From positions 248,001 through 312,000 of the forward strand of contig NIVC01000371.1 in NCBI GenBank assembly GCA_002269645.1: a stretch of 64,000 nucleotides of DNA, in the 5' to 3' direction. This DNA is from Macrostomum lignano. Taxonomy: Eukaryota. Every line of letters starts with the position of its first letter. Position 1 is the first letter of the stretch. The notes below the pieces were generated by a model. It was not told the DNA's origin and ran no database searches. It was given only the letters and a program-made list of their open reading frames with translations. This document shows positions 1-11,639 of the stretch, piece by piece. The translations under genes and the position numbers were made by a program.

Positions 1-140
1 GCTTGGCAACTATATCAATAAAAACGTCCTGTAGACGTTGATGCAATAATGCGCCTCTTATGCAGAAATTCTCAAGTGTCTCCCTACTTCATAAGCATGC
101 CCTCGCTTACCCGCACAACAACCCAACTCCTTCACTGCAG

Positions 141-1754
141 AGTGAATTACATCGAACTGCTCAGGCCATTTGCTTACAAGAAATTCGGGCCGAAGCGGCA
201 GCACATGAATGAGCTGCTCAGCCAGCGCTCTCCTGCCGCTGAGAACGGGCATGCTACTGGCCAACCTGTTGCTTCGGCCGAGTTGCAGAGCCTAGCAGCC
301 AAGCTGAAGCGTCAGGTGAGCAGAGGGTAGGGGAGAGAGTGAAGAATGCGCAGAATTGGTAGGAGTACAGCAGAAGCTGCGTGGGCAGATGGGCTGGCAT
401 CGTCACGTGCCCTCCCTCCGCCCTCTCAATGTCATTTACTTGGGCGCACACCAGCGTACCCTGCAGCAGTGCCGAAAGTATACGTCAATACAGCGTTTGC
501 TTCCGTTTAGGCTTTTGTGATTTTAATGAGTTCTATTTTGTTAAGTCTGAAATAAGTCCGCCTAAGTCTTACAGGAAGTGTGGCCTGTAATTGAGTATGC
601 TTTTGTTTGGAGAAGCATTCTTTTCGAGTTCTCTCGAAACTCACCAAGCTAGCCTACGAAAATATCCAAACAGCTCTGCATTTGTTAGGTCTGTTGACAA
701 ATTTTTTTTTGTAAGCTGGGGTTTTACCAGAAATAAACAGTTTGACAGATTCATCTATTTTTAGAAACATTGCAATGCATTTCCAATCAAAAGACTGTGA
801 AGGCCTCACTGAGACTGAAGGTTTTAGAGTAAGACTGAAGGTTATAGAATAAGACTGAGGGTATGGAATGAGACTGAAGCCATAGGATGAGACTGGAGGC
901 CATACAATAAGCCTGAAGGCCATAGTATAAGGTTTAAGGCAATACGAGCGTACAATTAAGCCTGAAGGCCATAGGATGAGACTGAAGGCCATAGGATGAG
1001 ACTGAAGGCCATACAATAAGCCTGAAGTCCATGGGATTAGACTGAAGGCCATATGATGAGACTGAAGGCCATAGGATGAGACTGAAGGCCATAGGATGAG
1101 ACTGAAGGCCATAGGATGAGACTGAAGGCCATACAATAAGCCTGAAGGCCATAGGATTAGACTGAAGGCCATAGAATGAGGCTGAAGATCATAGAATGAG
1201 GCTGAAGGCCATAGGATGAGACTGAAGGCCATACAATAAGCCTGAAGGCCATAGGATTAGACTGAAGGCCATAGAATGAGGCTGAAGATCATAGAATGAG
1301 GCTGAAGGCCATAGGATGAGACTGAAGGCCATACAATAAGCCTGAAGGTCATAGGATTAGACTGAAGGCCATAGGATGAGACTGAAGGCCATACAATAAG
1401 CCTGAAGGTCATAGGATTAGACTGAAGGCCATAGGATGAGGCTATAGAATAAGGCTAAAAATGAGAGACCTTCGATACCCTCAGCTAACGGGCGAGTGGA
1501 AGAATCTGCGCCGCCAGTTGATGAAGATGGATCCGAACAACAGCGGCAGCATCAGCCTGGCAGAGTTCCGCTCGGTGCTGAAGCTATTCAACGTCATCCT
1601 AGACGAGGAGGAGGCGTTTCAGCTGATGTCGCACTTTGACACCAGCCTTAGCGGCAAGCTGCCCTACAAGAAGGTTCTTGAGCTGGCTAAGCCGGGCAAG
1701 CGAGGCTCAGGAGCTGCGAGTCGACCGCCGCCGATGTCTCAGCGTGGCCAGTGA
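141..1754 (+). CDS. EFCAB6: 3' end of a multi-EF-hand calcium-binding protein, EFCAB6-like (5' partial); exons 141-315 and 1485-1754
   Basis: Acceptor ctgcag|141 and donor at 316 (gtgagc); acceptor cctcag|1485 continues in phase 0. Exon 2 encodes an EF-hand pair (MDPNNSGSISLAEFRSVL...LDEEEAFQLMSHFDTSLSGKLPY) resembling the EFCAB6 C-terminus as recalled. Stop TGA at 1752-1754. Confidence 0.7.
800..1445. repeat. 20-bp minisatellite (ACTGAAGGCCATAGGATGAG) with variant units, in the EFCAB6-like intron
   Basis: Directly visible tandem units with recurring variants (CCTGAAGGCCATACAATAAG, GCTGAAGATCATAGAATGAG). The array ends about 40 bp before the acceptor. Confidence 0.95.
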
Positions 1755-3103
1755 AATCTTGATTGAAGCAGCTGACACAGCGATCGGATCGTGCATGTAG
1801 AAGAGACATTTACTACTGATTGACATGTTTAACGATTATTTTTTTTACAAAGAATTGATTATGTCGAACCAACTATTGCAGTAGACAGAAGCAGACTCTA
1901 TTTTGCTGTTCAGATGAATGAGACTGATAAATGTAATTTCTTTTCTTTCCTATATTTTTTTTTCGTCGAAATTTTTATTAAACATGTATGCGTGCGGCTT
2001 ATGAATAGAGTTGCCTCAAAAGTTACGAGCTATATTATTGCCTAAAATTTTATTTTTCTTTTGAGATCGATCCCACTGATAGTAAAATATTGATGCACAT
2101 GGTTTATTTTGCTCTCGGGCACGAAGTACTGATTAAATTTGAAAATTGAAAGCTAAAAGCACAATTAACAATTTTTATACATTTTTATACATTACATATG
2201 TACATTGTTTGTCTCATCGAAAAAAGCTTTATTTCTCATTCTCTCAGAGCAATAAAGAATGCAGATCATCCACTAAACTAATAGATAAATGCACATTAAT
2301 CTATGTATTTGTATATATATAACCTTTACATTGAAAGTATTTTCTAACTTCGTACATGCATGTATTAAAACTTCCATGTAGCTGTACATATTTAAGTTTT
2401 CAGTAAGATAGGGCAACCAGGAGAAATTTGGTTACACATGCACATATTCAATGAGCGTCATAAATACAATGATATTTGACACTTTCATGCATATTATCTT
2501 GCCGCCTTACATGTAGCATGGCTGCATGATATTAGTTTTACTATAGTTGATTTGGCAAGTAGACTTTATGAGCAATTGCTAAAAAACCTACACAACACCA
2601 CCAGATGCTGCTATGCTGCTGACGCCAACTTTTTGACGCATATAAGCTCCTAAAGTCCGACTAAGTCAAATCGAATGCTCTAGTTCTCCGATTTTGTAGT
2701 TGGTTAAAATTTCAACCGGTTTAAACAGGATTAAACCAGTTGTAATCTTTTCCGGAGTGTAGGCCATGTGCATATTTTTGAATATAGGTAAAACAAAGGC
2801 TTTGCATTATTTTTGAGAATATTGATATAAACTTAACAAAAACCTTAAAAAGTCAAAATAAATGCTTTACTAAATTTTTCAATTCAAAATTGCTTTCCAA
2901 AAGTTCTTCTTTGATGTGTACCATGATTCCCCTCAACATGGAATTAAGAAAAGGTATAAAATTGAATGACTTGATTTTGAATGGGGCTGTCTCTCGCAAC
3001 GTGACTTAGGTCATTATTGAAGTGTTATTGAAATTCGCTTGTACTGCTTTATCTATAATCTATTATTATATTTTATTATTGCCAAAGCCTGATTTAAATT
3101 TCA

Positions 3104-6100
3104 ATGGCGAACGGAGAAGGTCTCAAAACATTTCTTTTCACATCCGAATCTGTGGGCGAAGGACATCCTGGTAAGCTCTGATAAATTAAAAATGAAACAA
3201 GGCATGGAATACCATTTAGGCCTAATCTGTAGTCCTATTGCAATTTATTGACTTCAAGCCGTCAAATAATGGTATTCTAGAATATTTCCTAAATTTCTTA
3301 AATTAGCCTGTAAGCGGCAAAGCCTAGGCTATGTCTCTTTTTATCTACGTTTGACTGACCTCTGTCCTTGATGTACAGTAGTTAATCACTAAGGCTTTTA
3401 ATGGGTTTTTATTTTATTTATTTCTAGACCCTTCTAGGCCTACTACTAGACTAATTCCTCTGTCTTGACATTTTCAGCTAAATTTTTTTGAATCTAAAAA
3501 GTATTTTGTTAGTCTGTTTAGTTTAAAAATGACAATATCAATTTTTTTCTTCAATTTTAATGGAATTTATTAACTTTAAGTTTAAGATAAGAAAACCCAT
3601 AGTCAAGAATATGGCTATTTTTCATTGAAAATTCAGGGTAAATTTACCCTGGGGCAGAGCAAAGTAAGGCAAGTAAAGCTAGGTCAGGGACAAAGTGTAA
3701 TAGATAGCAGCAAAATGGTTAACTAGCATACTAAAGTTAAGCTCTATAGTCTAGATCATGGCAGGCATATGCTGGAAAAGAAATTCATGTTTTTTTCAAT
3801 TTAATGCCAATGCAAAATTAAAAAAATTTAATGCCAAGGCTAGAATTGTCTATATGCCATTTTTTAAGAATATATATTTTTAGGAATTCAAAACTTTTAC
3901 TAAGCTTTAAAATGGCAGTTTTTTTGCTTAAAACTAATATTCTTTTTTATTTTGACTTTCTCATGATTGCTTATTATTTTCTATTTTAGTTTCCAATTAT
4001 TTTTAAGGAGCTTTCAACATTGGTTGATATTTAACTACATGATTACATTAGCCTTGAACTTGGCTATTTTTTATACGCCAACTATGTACACTTTATGTTA
4101 AACCTGAAAATTCTATATGCTAAGTGTATGCTAAGATTGTCAGTGAGAGCAAAAATATACTAGAAAATTCCAGTATAAAGGCCACCTTCCAGACTATAGG
4201 CTGAGCTATATTGCCTATTTAGTGGCTAATATGGCCATGTAGATCTAACCATCTGAATAAAACAATTAAATGATTGAATTAGATGGACCTGAGGCTCAGG
4301 GTAGAAATTAAGACTACTTCAGGGCATTAGGACAGATTTTGAGTCTCAGGGAAGGAATCAAGGCAGAAAGTTTTTTGTCTTAAATATATTTGGGACATGT
4401 ATACTATAATCTTGACTATGGAGGAGAACTTGGATCAATGCCATTATTTGATTAAACAGAAAGCTTAGGCCAGGTCAAGATTTTTTAGATGAGGTGAGAT
4501 TAAGATTCTATTCTACTTATATGAGATCGTAGTAGACATCTAGTATCTATCATCTAGTATCTACTAGACATCTACTATCATCTAGTATCTAGACATCTAG
4601 ACATCTAGTAGACATAGTAGACATACATGCGCAACAGTCGGCCGAGTCGGCCGATCCGGCCGACTGATTTGGCAGCCAACCAAGGAAGTCGCAAAAATGC
4701 CCACCCAAAAAATACCCACGCAGTAGTACTAAGTAGCTGACGAGGCATTTTTGCCTGATAAGACAGTCATAGTTACTCCCGCCGTTTACCCAAAGTTGCG
4801 TTAATTTTGCTTTAGGGTTTTTTTACATGTAAGTCGCATTTTTGGCCAAAAACTACGTCGCATTTTTGTTAAAACTAAGTCGCACGGCCGACCGAATTTT
4901 CGACGTTGCGCATGTATGATAGTAGACATCATTTATCTCGTAGTAGACAATGATAAATTTATTCCATAAAGTGTGGCATAGTCTATTCTACTTTTTAGAC
5001 CCAATGGGTTCAGCAATGCATTACTTGTACAAATTTATTATTTAATACTTTACCCTGCTTTAAATTCTAGATAAGATCTGCGACCAGGTCAGCGATGCAG
5101 TGCTCGATGCCCATCTGAAGCAGGACCCCAATGCCAAAGTGGCCTGCGAATGCTTCACCAAGACTGGCATGATTTTGGTTGGTGGCGAGATCACTTCTAA
5201 AGCTGTCGTTGACTATCAGCGTGTGATCCGCGGCACCATCAAAGACATTGGATATGACGACTCTAATAAGGGATTTGACTACAAGACTTGCAATGTGCTG
5301 GTAGCACTCGAGGAGCAGAGCCCTGACATTGCCCAAGGAGTTCACGAGGCTCGATCTGAGGATGACATTGGAGCTGGCGACCAGGGCCTTATGTTTGGCT
5401 ATGCCACTGACGAAACTGTGGAGTGCATGCCCCTGACTATTGTGCTAGCGCACAAGCTCAATGCACAGCTGGCCCAGTGCAGGCGCGATGGCACCCTGCC
5501 CTGGCTCAGGCCAGACACCAAGACTCAGGTAGGATTAGGGGCTGGCTTAATTGAAAGATACTGATATCAGGGATAATGATGGGGGGTCGTAGCCCAGTTT
5601 CCCAGCGCGTCGCTCTGATGTGCCAGCGGCCCAGGCTCGATTCCCAGTGCCGTCCACATTAATTTGGGGCTGAATTGGAATCTCGGCTTGGGTCTGCTCG
5701 TGCAGCTGCTCTTTAGGCACAGTAAAGTCGTTCCTAACGATAAATCAGGAATCAGGGCCGCGCTGTACACTCCTGTGTGAGTGTGTGCCTGTGTGTATGA
5801 CTGCATACGTATCCCCTGCTCAGGTGAGTCGGCGGAAGAATGGACAGTAATGCCTCTCACCGATTCTGACAATGTGGTTTGAAGTGTGCCAAGGTGTGTG
5901 CCAAGGTGTGAAGGTGTGTGTACACCTTGGCCTTGGTTTGAAGTGTGCCAAGGTGTACACAGCTCCAGCCTCTGATAAAAACAGTTAAAATTATTTATCA
6001 TGGTTGTTTGCGCATCTTAATCTCTTAATCTTAGTCTTATTGCATGTTGTCTATTCTGATTTTTTTATTTTCAATATAGCCTATCTACTTGACTCATAAA

Positions 6101-6994
6101 ATCATTCCCATCGCTCGCAGGTGACAGTGGAGTACAAAGACGAGAACGGCGCCTGTGTGCCGCTTCGCATTCACACCATTGTTGTTAGCACTCAGCACGA
6201 CGAGAGCGTCACCCAGGAGCAGCTGCGCAAAGACGTCATGGAGCACGTTGTTAAAGCCGTCTGCCCCAGCGACATGCTAGATGAGAATACTATTTATCAC
6301 CTGAACCCGTCTGGCCGCTTCGTCATTGGCGGCCCGCAGTCGGACGCCGGCCTGACTGGCCGAAAAATCATCGTTGACACCTACGGCGGCTGGGGCGCCC
6401 ACGGTGGCGGTGCATTCTCTGGCAAAGATTTCAGCAAAGTGGACAGATCTGCCGCCTATGCCGCCCGATGGGTGGCCAAGTCTCTGGTGAAATCCGGTCT
6501 GTGCCGTCGCGTACTGGTGCAGGTGAGCTACGCTATCGGTGTGAGCAAGCCGCTGGCTGTCTATCTCAACTCCTATGGCACTGGCAAGCGATCAGATGAA
6601 GAACTGCTGCGCATCGTTGAGGAGAACTTCGATCTAAGGCCTGGCTGCATTGTCAGGTAAGTTAGCAATAATTAAGCAATAATTAGTGTCTTGATTAAGA
6701 ACACAAATTGCTTCGAGTGGGTCTAGAATCGAACCCCCGACCTTTCAGTCGTGTCCCACTCTCTAACCACTAGACTAAAACCCCATACTAGACCCCATCT
6801 TTGCCATCAAATTTTCAATAATACTGCGTTCTGTCTTGCTTTATCGTTCGTGTGTGTCATGTTTTACAAACAATAACAAATCATTAAACAGGGACCTGGA
6901 GCTGCGCAAGCCAATCTACCAGAAGACCTCCTGCTATGGCCACTTCGGGCGCGACGAGTTCACCTGGGAGCAGGCTAAGCCGCTGAAGTTCTGA
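3104..6994 (+). CDS. MAT: S-adenosylmethionine synthase (methionine adenosyltransferase), 387 aa; exons 3104-3170, 5071-5528, 6121-6656, 6892-6994
   Basis: [22 protein letters not shown]|[14 protein letters not shown]; [12 protein letters not shown]; [19 protein letters not shown]; C-terminus [19 protein letters not shown]. All introns are GT-AG with consistent phases; total 1164 nt. Confidence 0.98.
4626..4914. mobile_element. MITE (~290 bp) with CATGCGCAAC TIRs and a TA target duplication, in MAT intron 1
   Basis: TA|CATGCGCAAC at 4624-4635 and GTTGCGCATG|TA at 4905-4916. The imperfect TIR extends through GTCG/CGAC, with subterminal GTCGGCCG and AAGTCGCA repeats. Confidence 0.75.
5581..5960 (+). 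mobile_element. tRNA-derived SINE (family A) in MAT intron 2
   Basis: tRNA-like head with A-box-like TAGCCCAGTTTCC and B-box-like GGCTCGATTCC. The body aligns to copies at 24123-24337 (-), 48926-48976 (-) and weakly to ~18530-18600 (+). It ends in a short repeated tail (GTTTGAAGTGTGCCAAGGTG). Confidence 0.75.
6713..6785 (-). mobile_element. Truncated tRNA-like head of SINE family B, in MAT intron 3
   Basis: GAGTGGGTCTAGAATCGAACCCCCGACCTTTCAGTC...CTCTAACCACTA matches the head at 9655-9731. Confidence 0.7.
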
Positions 6995-7920
6995 GCTCAA
7001 TCTGAAGGGTAAAGATTTCATCTGTGCGACTTTGAGAACACTATATCGGTGTGTCTGTTAATAATTAAAAAAACTCTACAATATCTACTAATGGTAACGC
7101 CGCGCACCCTTCCGTAGTGTTGTTGTTTTCATTCTGTCTCGCTTTCACTTTTGTTTGTTTTTACTATCGCATACAGTTCTATTTTTTCATACATAATTAA
7201 TCATCTTGCCGGTCTATTAACTATCGCGCGGTTTAAGTAGAAGTTAGTCCATGGTAACAGGGGCCGGTCATAACAGTTCGCTATGCTTGTACAATTCAAT
7301 ATTAAGATTCCAGCTAAGCACTTGTATTTGTGTTTTATAACTGTAATGAAATTCTCTGCAAAAAAGCCACATCATTGAAGTTCATTCTTATTTATTTGAC
7401 CTATGGAGTTCCTCCACAGCGGTTGAGTGCACTTTTGGCCAGCCGCTGCAAGCCTGTTGGCACTTTTTTGCCAGGTTTGTGTTGTGCAGGTGACCTAATT
7501 CTAAAGCCCTAAAGCTGTCATGTGCACACCGGGAGCGGCTCTGAAGTGAATTGCTTAATCATCCTCATTAAAAATGGGCTATCGATTTTTATAAGCTATT
7601 TAATTTGCGCAACTATACTATAATGTTTATTATTCTGTTATCTGGGCCTCCCATGCTTTCTGTGTCCGTCTGTGGTTCTCTCGTTTAAATCTTTGTGAAC
7701 AACCGAAACTACGCGTTGGAATGTTTATTATTATATTTTTTAAAACGCTTCACTTGCTCGTGTTTGACAATTTTTTTCTCTGTTGCAATGAAATTTCTGC
7801 TTTTTCCCAGGTAGGGCGAACTGTTCGCGGCTCCCGTTTTTTTCTCTGCAAAATAATAAAAATCAAAGCCTCATCTTCAACAAAGGCACATTCAACCAAT
7901 GCTTCTACTTTCGTCTATGG

Positions 7921-8447
7921 CAGGGGTCGGCAAACCTTTTAACCTCTAGGGCCAGCTTGAGAATCCAGCTCATGGCTGCGGACCAGATGAGAGTGGAAAG
8001 GAGAGGGAATAGAAGATGAGAGAGGAGAGAAGAGAGGGGAGAGAGAAGAGAGGGGGAAAGAGGAGACAGAGATGAGAGGGGAGAGAGGACAGAAGGGAGA
8101 GAATAAGAGAGGGAAGAGGGAGAGGGGGCGAGAGAAGGAGAGAGGGAAAGAAAGGAGAGAGAGGGAAAGAAAAGAGTGAGAGGGAAAAAGGGAGAGAGGG
8201 GGAGAGAGCTAAAGAGTCCTCAAACTCCAAAGCACCGACACGGTAACGCAGATGTTTAAGCAAGGGGCCGATGTTTCGAATATTGTATATTCTTTTTCAG
8301 GGCTATTATGAAGAGAGGAGAGAGCGGAGAGAAAAGAGGCAAAGGAGGGGAGAGAGGAAAGGAGCGAGGGGAGAGAAGAGAAAGAGCTGAGCAGAGTCAT
8401 AAACCTTGAGCATGTGGCCCACGGGCCCGGAGTTTGCTGACCCCCCG
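7921..8447. mobile_element. Non-autonomous hAT (Charlie-like) element with a GA-rich low-complexity interior
   Basis: TIRs CAGGGGTCGGCAAAC and GTTTGCTGACCCCCCG. Perfect 8-bp TSD GTCTATGG at 7913-7920 and 8448-8455. Confidence 0.9.
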
Positions 8448-9420
8448 GTCTATGGAAAGCCAGGAAAACGAAAGCAAAAACGAACATTTGCATTTTTTCT
8501 TCCGGTCTACCGGGGCTGACCCCCGGTCTATAGTCAAAACAGCGTCTATTGTCTATGGCACAGGCAGAGCAGTTAAATTAAGACAGACAAGTCATGCCCG
8601 CCGTGTAAATAGAACTGGAGAGTCCAACAGACGAAATCAACCTACCAGTATTGGCGTTCCATGGTACTGCAGGGAATCACGGAGTCATGGCGTGGATGTC
8701 ATCACGGTTGCCAACAACAGTGCAGCAGTCTGCTGGTTTTCTTGATCATGTTGTTTGAGTTGAGACTTGTTTAAATAATTTAACGTTGATTTTAAATTTT
8801 GAACTCATCGTGCATGTGGTGACAACCTGACAACTGGAATGCCCACTGCCCAGTAGATTGTGATGTTGAATATAATGTATACATTTATATTGCTTTGCAT
8901 AGTAATCAATCATGACAGTGATACATGTATATATTACATAATCTAATATATGTTATACATAATATATATGCTTATATTATAATATTTATAATACGAGTTG
9001 TATATATATACGATTACCCCTTTTAGCTCCTACCATAACTGTATGCGTTTTAAAAATGTTATGACAAGGATGGTACTAAAAAATATCAATCCCGGGAACT
9101 GCTTTTGAACTGTTTTTCTTACACAAGTTACACAATGCCGGATTAGAACAATTTTAATGGAGCCTAAATTAAAATTCGTGTGCACTATACGTTTGTTGCG
9201 AACCTACCCATCTGGCCAGTATAGTATCAACCAATAATTATACAACTCAATAAAGTACCTAGAGAATTACGAATCCTAATGTTGCATGGAGGCTCTGCGC
9301 AAAATGGCGCTCTACCAATATAAGCCATTCTTGTCAGACACAAGTCCTTCATGTTTAAAGGCCACTGGTGATAACGTATAGAACCTTGGTGAAACTCAAT
9401 GTTATTTGATGCAATTAGTT

Positions 9421-9731
9421 ATTTTTTATTTAGTACACCTGACCTAATGGGCAGATCTGCAACTGACAGCTCAGCCGCAGCTATTGCGCGGCGCATCTGA
9501 AGCTTGCGTACGGCTGTTAAGTCCAAAGGACTGGGGGGTCGCCACACAGCCTCAATTACCCCAGCTGAGATGCTGGCACCCATTTTACAGCTGGGTGAAC
9601 TGAAGCAATGCAGAGTTAAGTGTCGATCCTGCTTTAAAGCTGCTACATATTGTTCCGAGTGGGTCGAGAATCGAACCCCCGACCTTTCAGTCTCGAGTCC
9701 GACGCTCTAACCACTATAGGCTACAACCCCC
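9421..9731 (-). mobile_element. tRNA-derived CORE-type SINE (family B), apparently full length
   Basis: Minus strand: head GGGGGTTGTAGCCTATAGTGGTTAGAGCG...GGGGTTCGATTCTC (A and B boxes). Central CACTTAACTCTGCATTGCTTCAGTTCACCCAGCTGTAAAATGGG resembles the MIR/CORE domain. A-rich tail AAATAAAAAAT. Confidence 0.75.
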
Positions 9732-10419
9732 TAGCATTGCATTAATACGAAACTATTAGGAAAAATGAGTTTCTGTAAAAATGACTCCGGAAGTAGCCAT
9801 GCATGATGCAGCTCAACAGAAATTTAATTGAAAGCCCTATTTATACTAGCTCGTAATAGTCATAGGGCAATAGAGGTTCGGTTTAGACATTCGCTCCCAG
9901 TCATTTGCAAGTTTTGAGTGCTTTTGTAAACACGCAGCAAACTGTAGGTTGTTAAACTACAAAAGCCGTGCAACAGATGGCCACCTAGATCTATTTATAA
10001 ACTTAACCTTCCTATTGTTTAATGTACATTTTTCTGTTTATTTTGCAGAAAAAATACCAGTCGTGTTTTCCAGTCGTGTTTTTCTCCGACTGAAATGGCG
10101 TTTATAAATTTAATTTTAGAAAAAAACAATTCTATTTCTGCTCATAAACAGCTACAGCTGTACTCTCGGGTTTTTTAGAAATGAGATGCGGGTCGGTAAG
10201 GATGGTGTGTAATTTGTCTCGAGAACGCTAAGCAATTAATGGAGTTTTGCCATAGACGAATTCGATCGATAATATAGCATTTTCCAAGCCAATTGAGCCT
10301 AGGAACAAGTAGTTTAATCCTTATTGGGAGAATCAAGCTATTGAAGACTTGTTTTTCATTGTCTATGGTCCAAAGGGGGGTCTAGCTAAGGAGCAACCAA
10401 TTTGAGAATCTGAGCTCCA

Positions 10420-11178
10420 TCAATGATTACTAAGAAGTTGTCGGCATTGTCTAGCTACATTATCTCGATTGTTGACAGCATGGAGCAGCTCCTCGACAAA
10501 TGCTTGAAACTCGTTTGCAGTCAGTGTGTGACCGACAATCTTGTGGTTTACCAAGCCGAGATTTGGTGCCACTGCCTGCAGGACATTGATCTGAACCCCA
10601 CGCTGCGTGTGCGAAACACGTCGGACTCGCTGGCCACGTCTGCTGCGTCCTTTGGGACCGGCGAGTCCAAATGTTGAAACCGGTCTCATCAACATAGATG
10701 AGGTGACGTTCAGGTGGAACACCATGCAGTGAGCCAGTGAGCAAATTCTCGTCGGCGTGCCCGGTTTTCAGGACTATTCCTGACCACTGGCACATCGGCG
10801 TCTCGACCAAGGCACTTCAATGTAATCAGATGTTTGCCCAAGGTCCGGCTTACAGTTATAGTTATACTCACTTAGAGGCCTGGATAGGTGTCAGTCAGCT
10901 TGCGTCGCAACTCTTTCAAAATCAAAATCAAAATCCCGTGATTTCATAGCGACCCCTCATAGAATACACTGTTTTTCTATTTACATCCAGCCATCGCGAA
11001 ATGCGCTCAGCACTATCACCTCTCTCGATGGCAGCGACAATCAGGTCGTACTTTTTGTTGCTTATCTCGCGATAGCGTACTCGCCCTGCAGGATTCTGCT
11101 CATTCACTGCATCTTGGGAGCTGTAGCAAAACTGTCGTCACTGCTCTGCTCGCTAAATTCTTCGTCTGCCATATCCAT
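10420..11178 (-). pseudogene. Frameshifted, 3'-truncated IS630/Tc1-type DDE transposase
   Basis: Stitched frames give an HTH region (DLIVAAIERGDSAERISRWLDVNRKTVYSM), then SRTLGKHLITLK...RNSPENRARRREFAHWL, the first catalytic D in YVDETGFNIWTRR, and a second D in a DN motif (NRDNV). The third acidic residue is missing. Confidence 0.85.
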
Positions 11179-11344
11179 TTTTGTCTAATGAAATCTGTTA
11201 TTTTCTATGGTCTAAGGCTTGCACAACTGTGGAAAGGATTAATAGCGCGCCCTAATTCTCAAATTAGTTGCTCCATAGACCTCCTTTCTGGCCATAGACA
11301 ATGAAAAGCAAGTCTTCAATAGCTTGATTTTCCCACTAAGGATA

Positions 11345-11639
11345 GCTTTTTGCGATTGAATTCAGCCAAACTGCGAAACCCTTAAGCCAATGGAGATTTT
11401 TCCTTCACTTCGGCGGCTTCAACCATAGACTATTTAGGACACACCGGCTAGCTGTCCCACTCCTGTAAATGAATTCAGCCAAACTGAAAAACCTTTCAGC
11501 CAAGATTTTCAGTGAGTGATTTTCTCACACAGTTAACCGGTGTGTCCTAAATAGTCTATGGTAGAAGCCCCTGAAGTGAAGGCAAAATCTCCATTGGCTG
11601 AAAGGTTTTGCAGTTTGGCTGAATTCAATCGCAAAAAGC
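11345..11639. mobile_element. Palindromic MITE (295 bp, ~100-bp TIRs, TA TSD) inserted in the right TIR of the Tc1-like element
   Basis: TA|GCTTTTTGCGATTGAATTCAGCCAAACTGC...TTTAGGACACACCGG is inverted as CCGGTGTGTCCTAAA...GCAGTTTGGCTGAATTCAATCGCAAAAAGC|TA. Confidence 0.9.

Noticed and set aside
4737-4762. Hammerhead-ribozyme-like CTGACGA-GGCA-TTTT-TGCC in the MAT intron MITE
   Set aside because: The stem is followed by TGATAAG rather than the required GAAA, and I could not find stems I and III.
8503-8532. GGTCTACCGGGGCTGACCCCCGGTCTATAG, a possible collapsed Charlie-type end or footprint
   Set aside because: Too short, with imperfect flanking repeats, to call an element.
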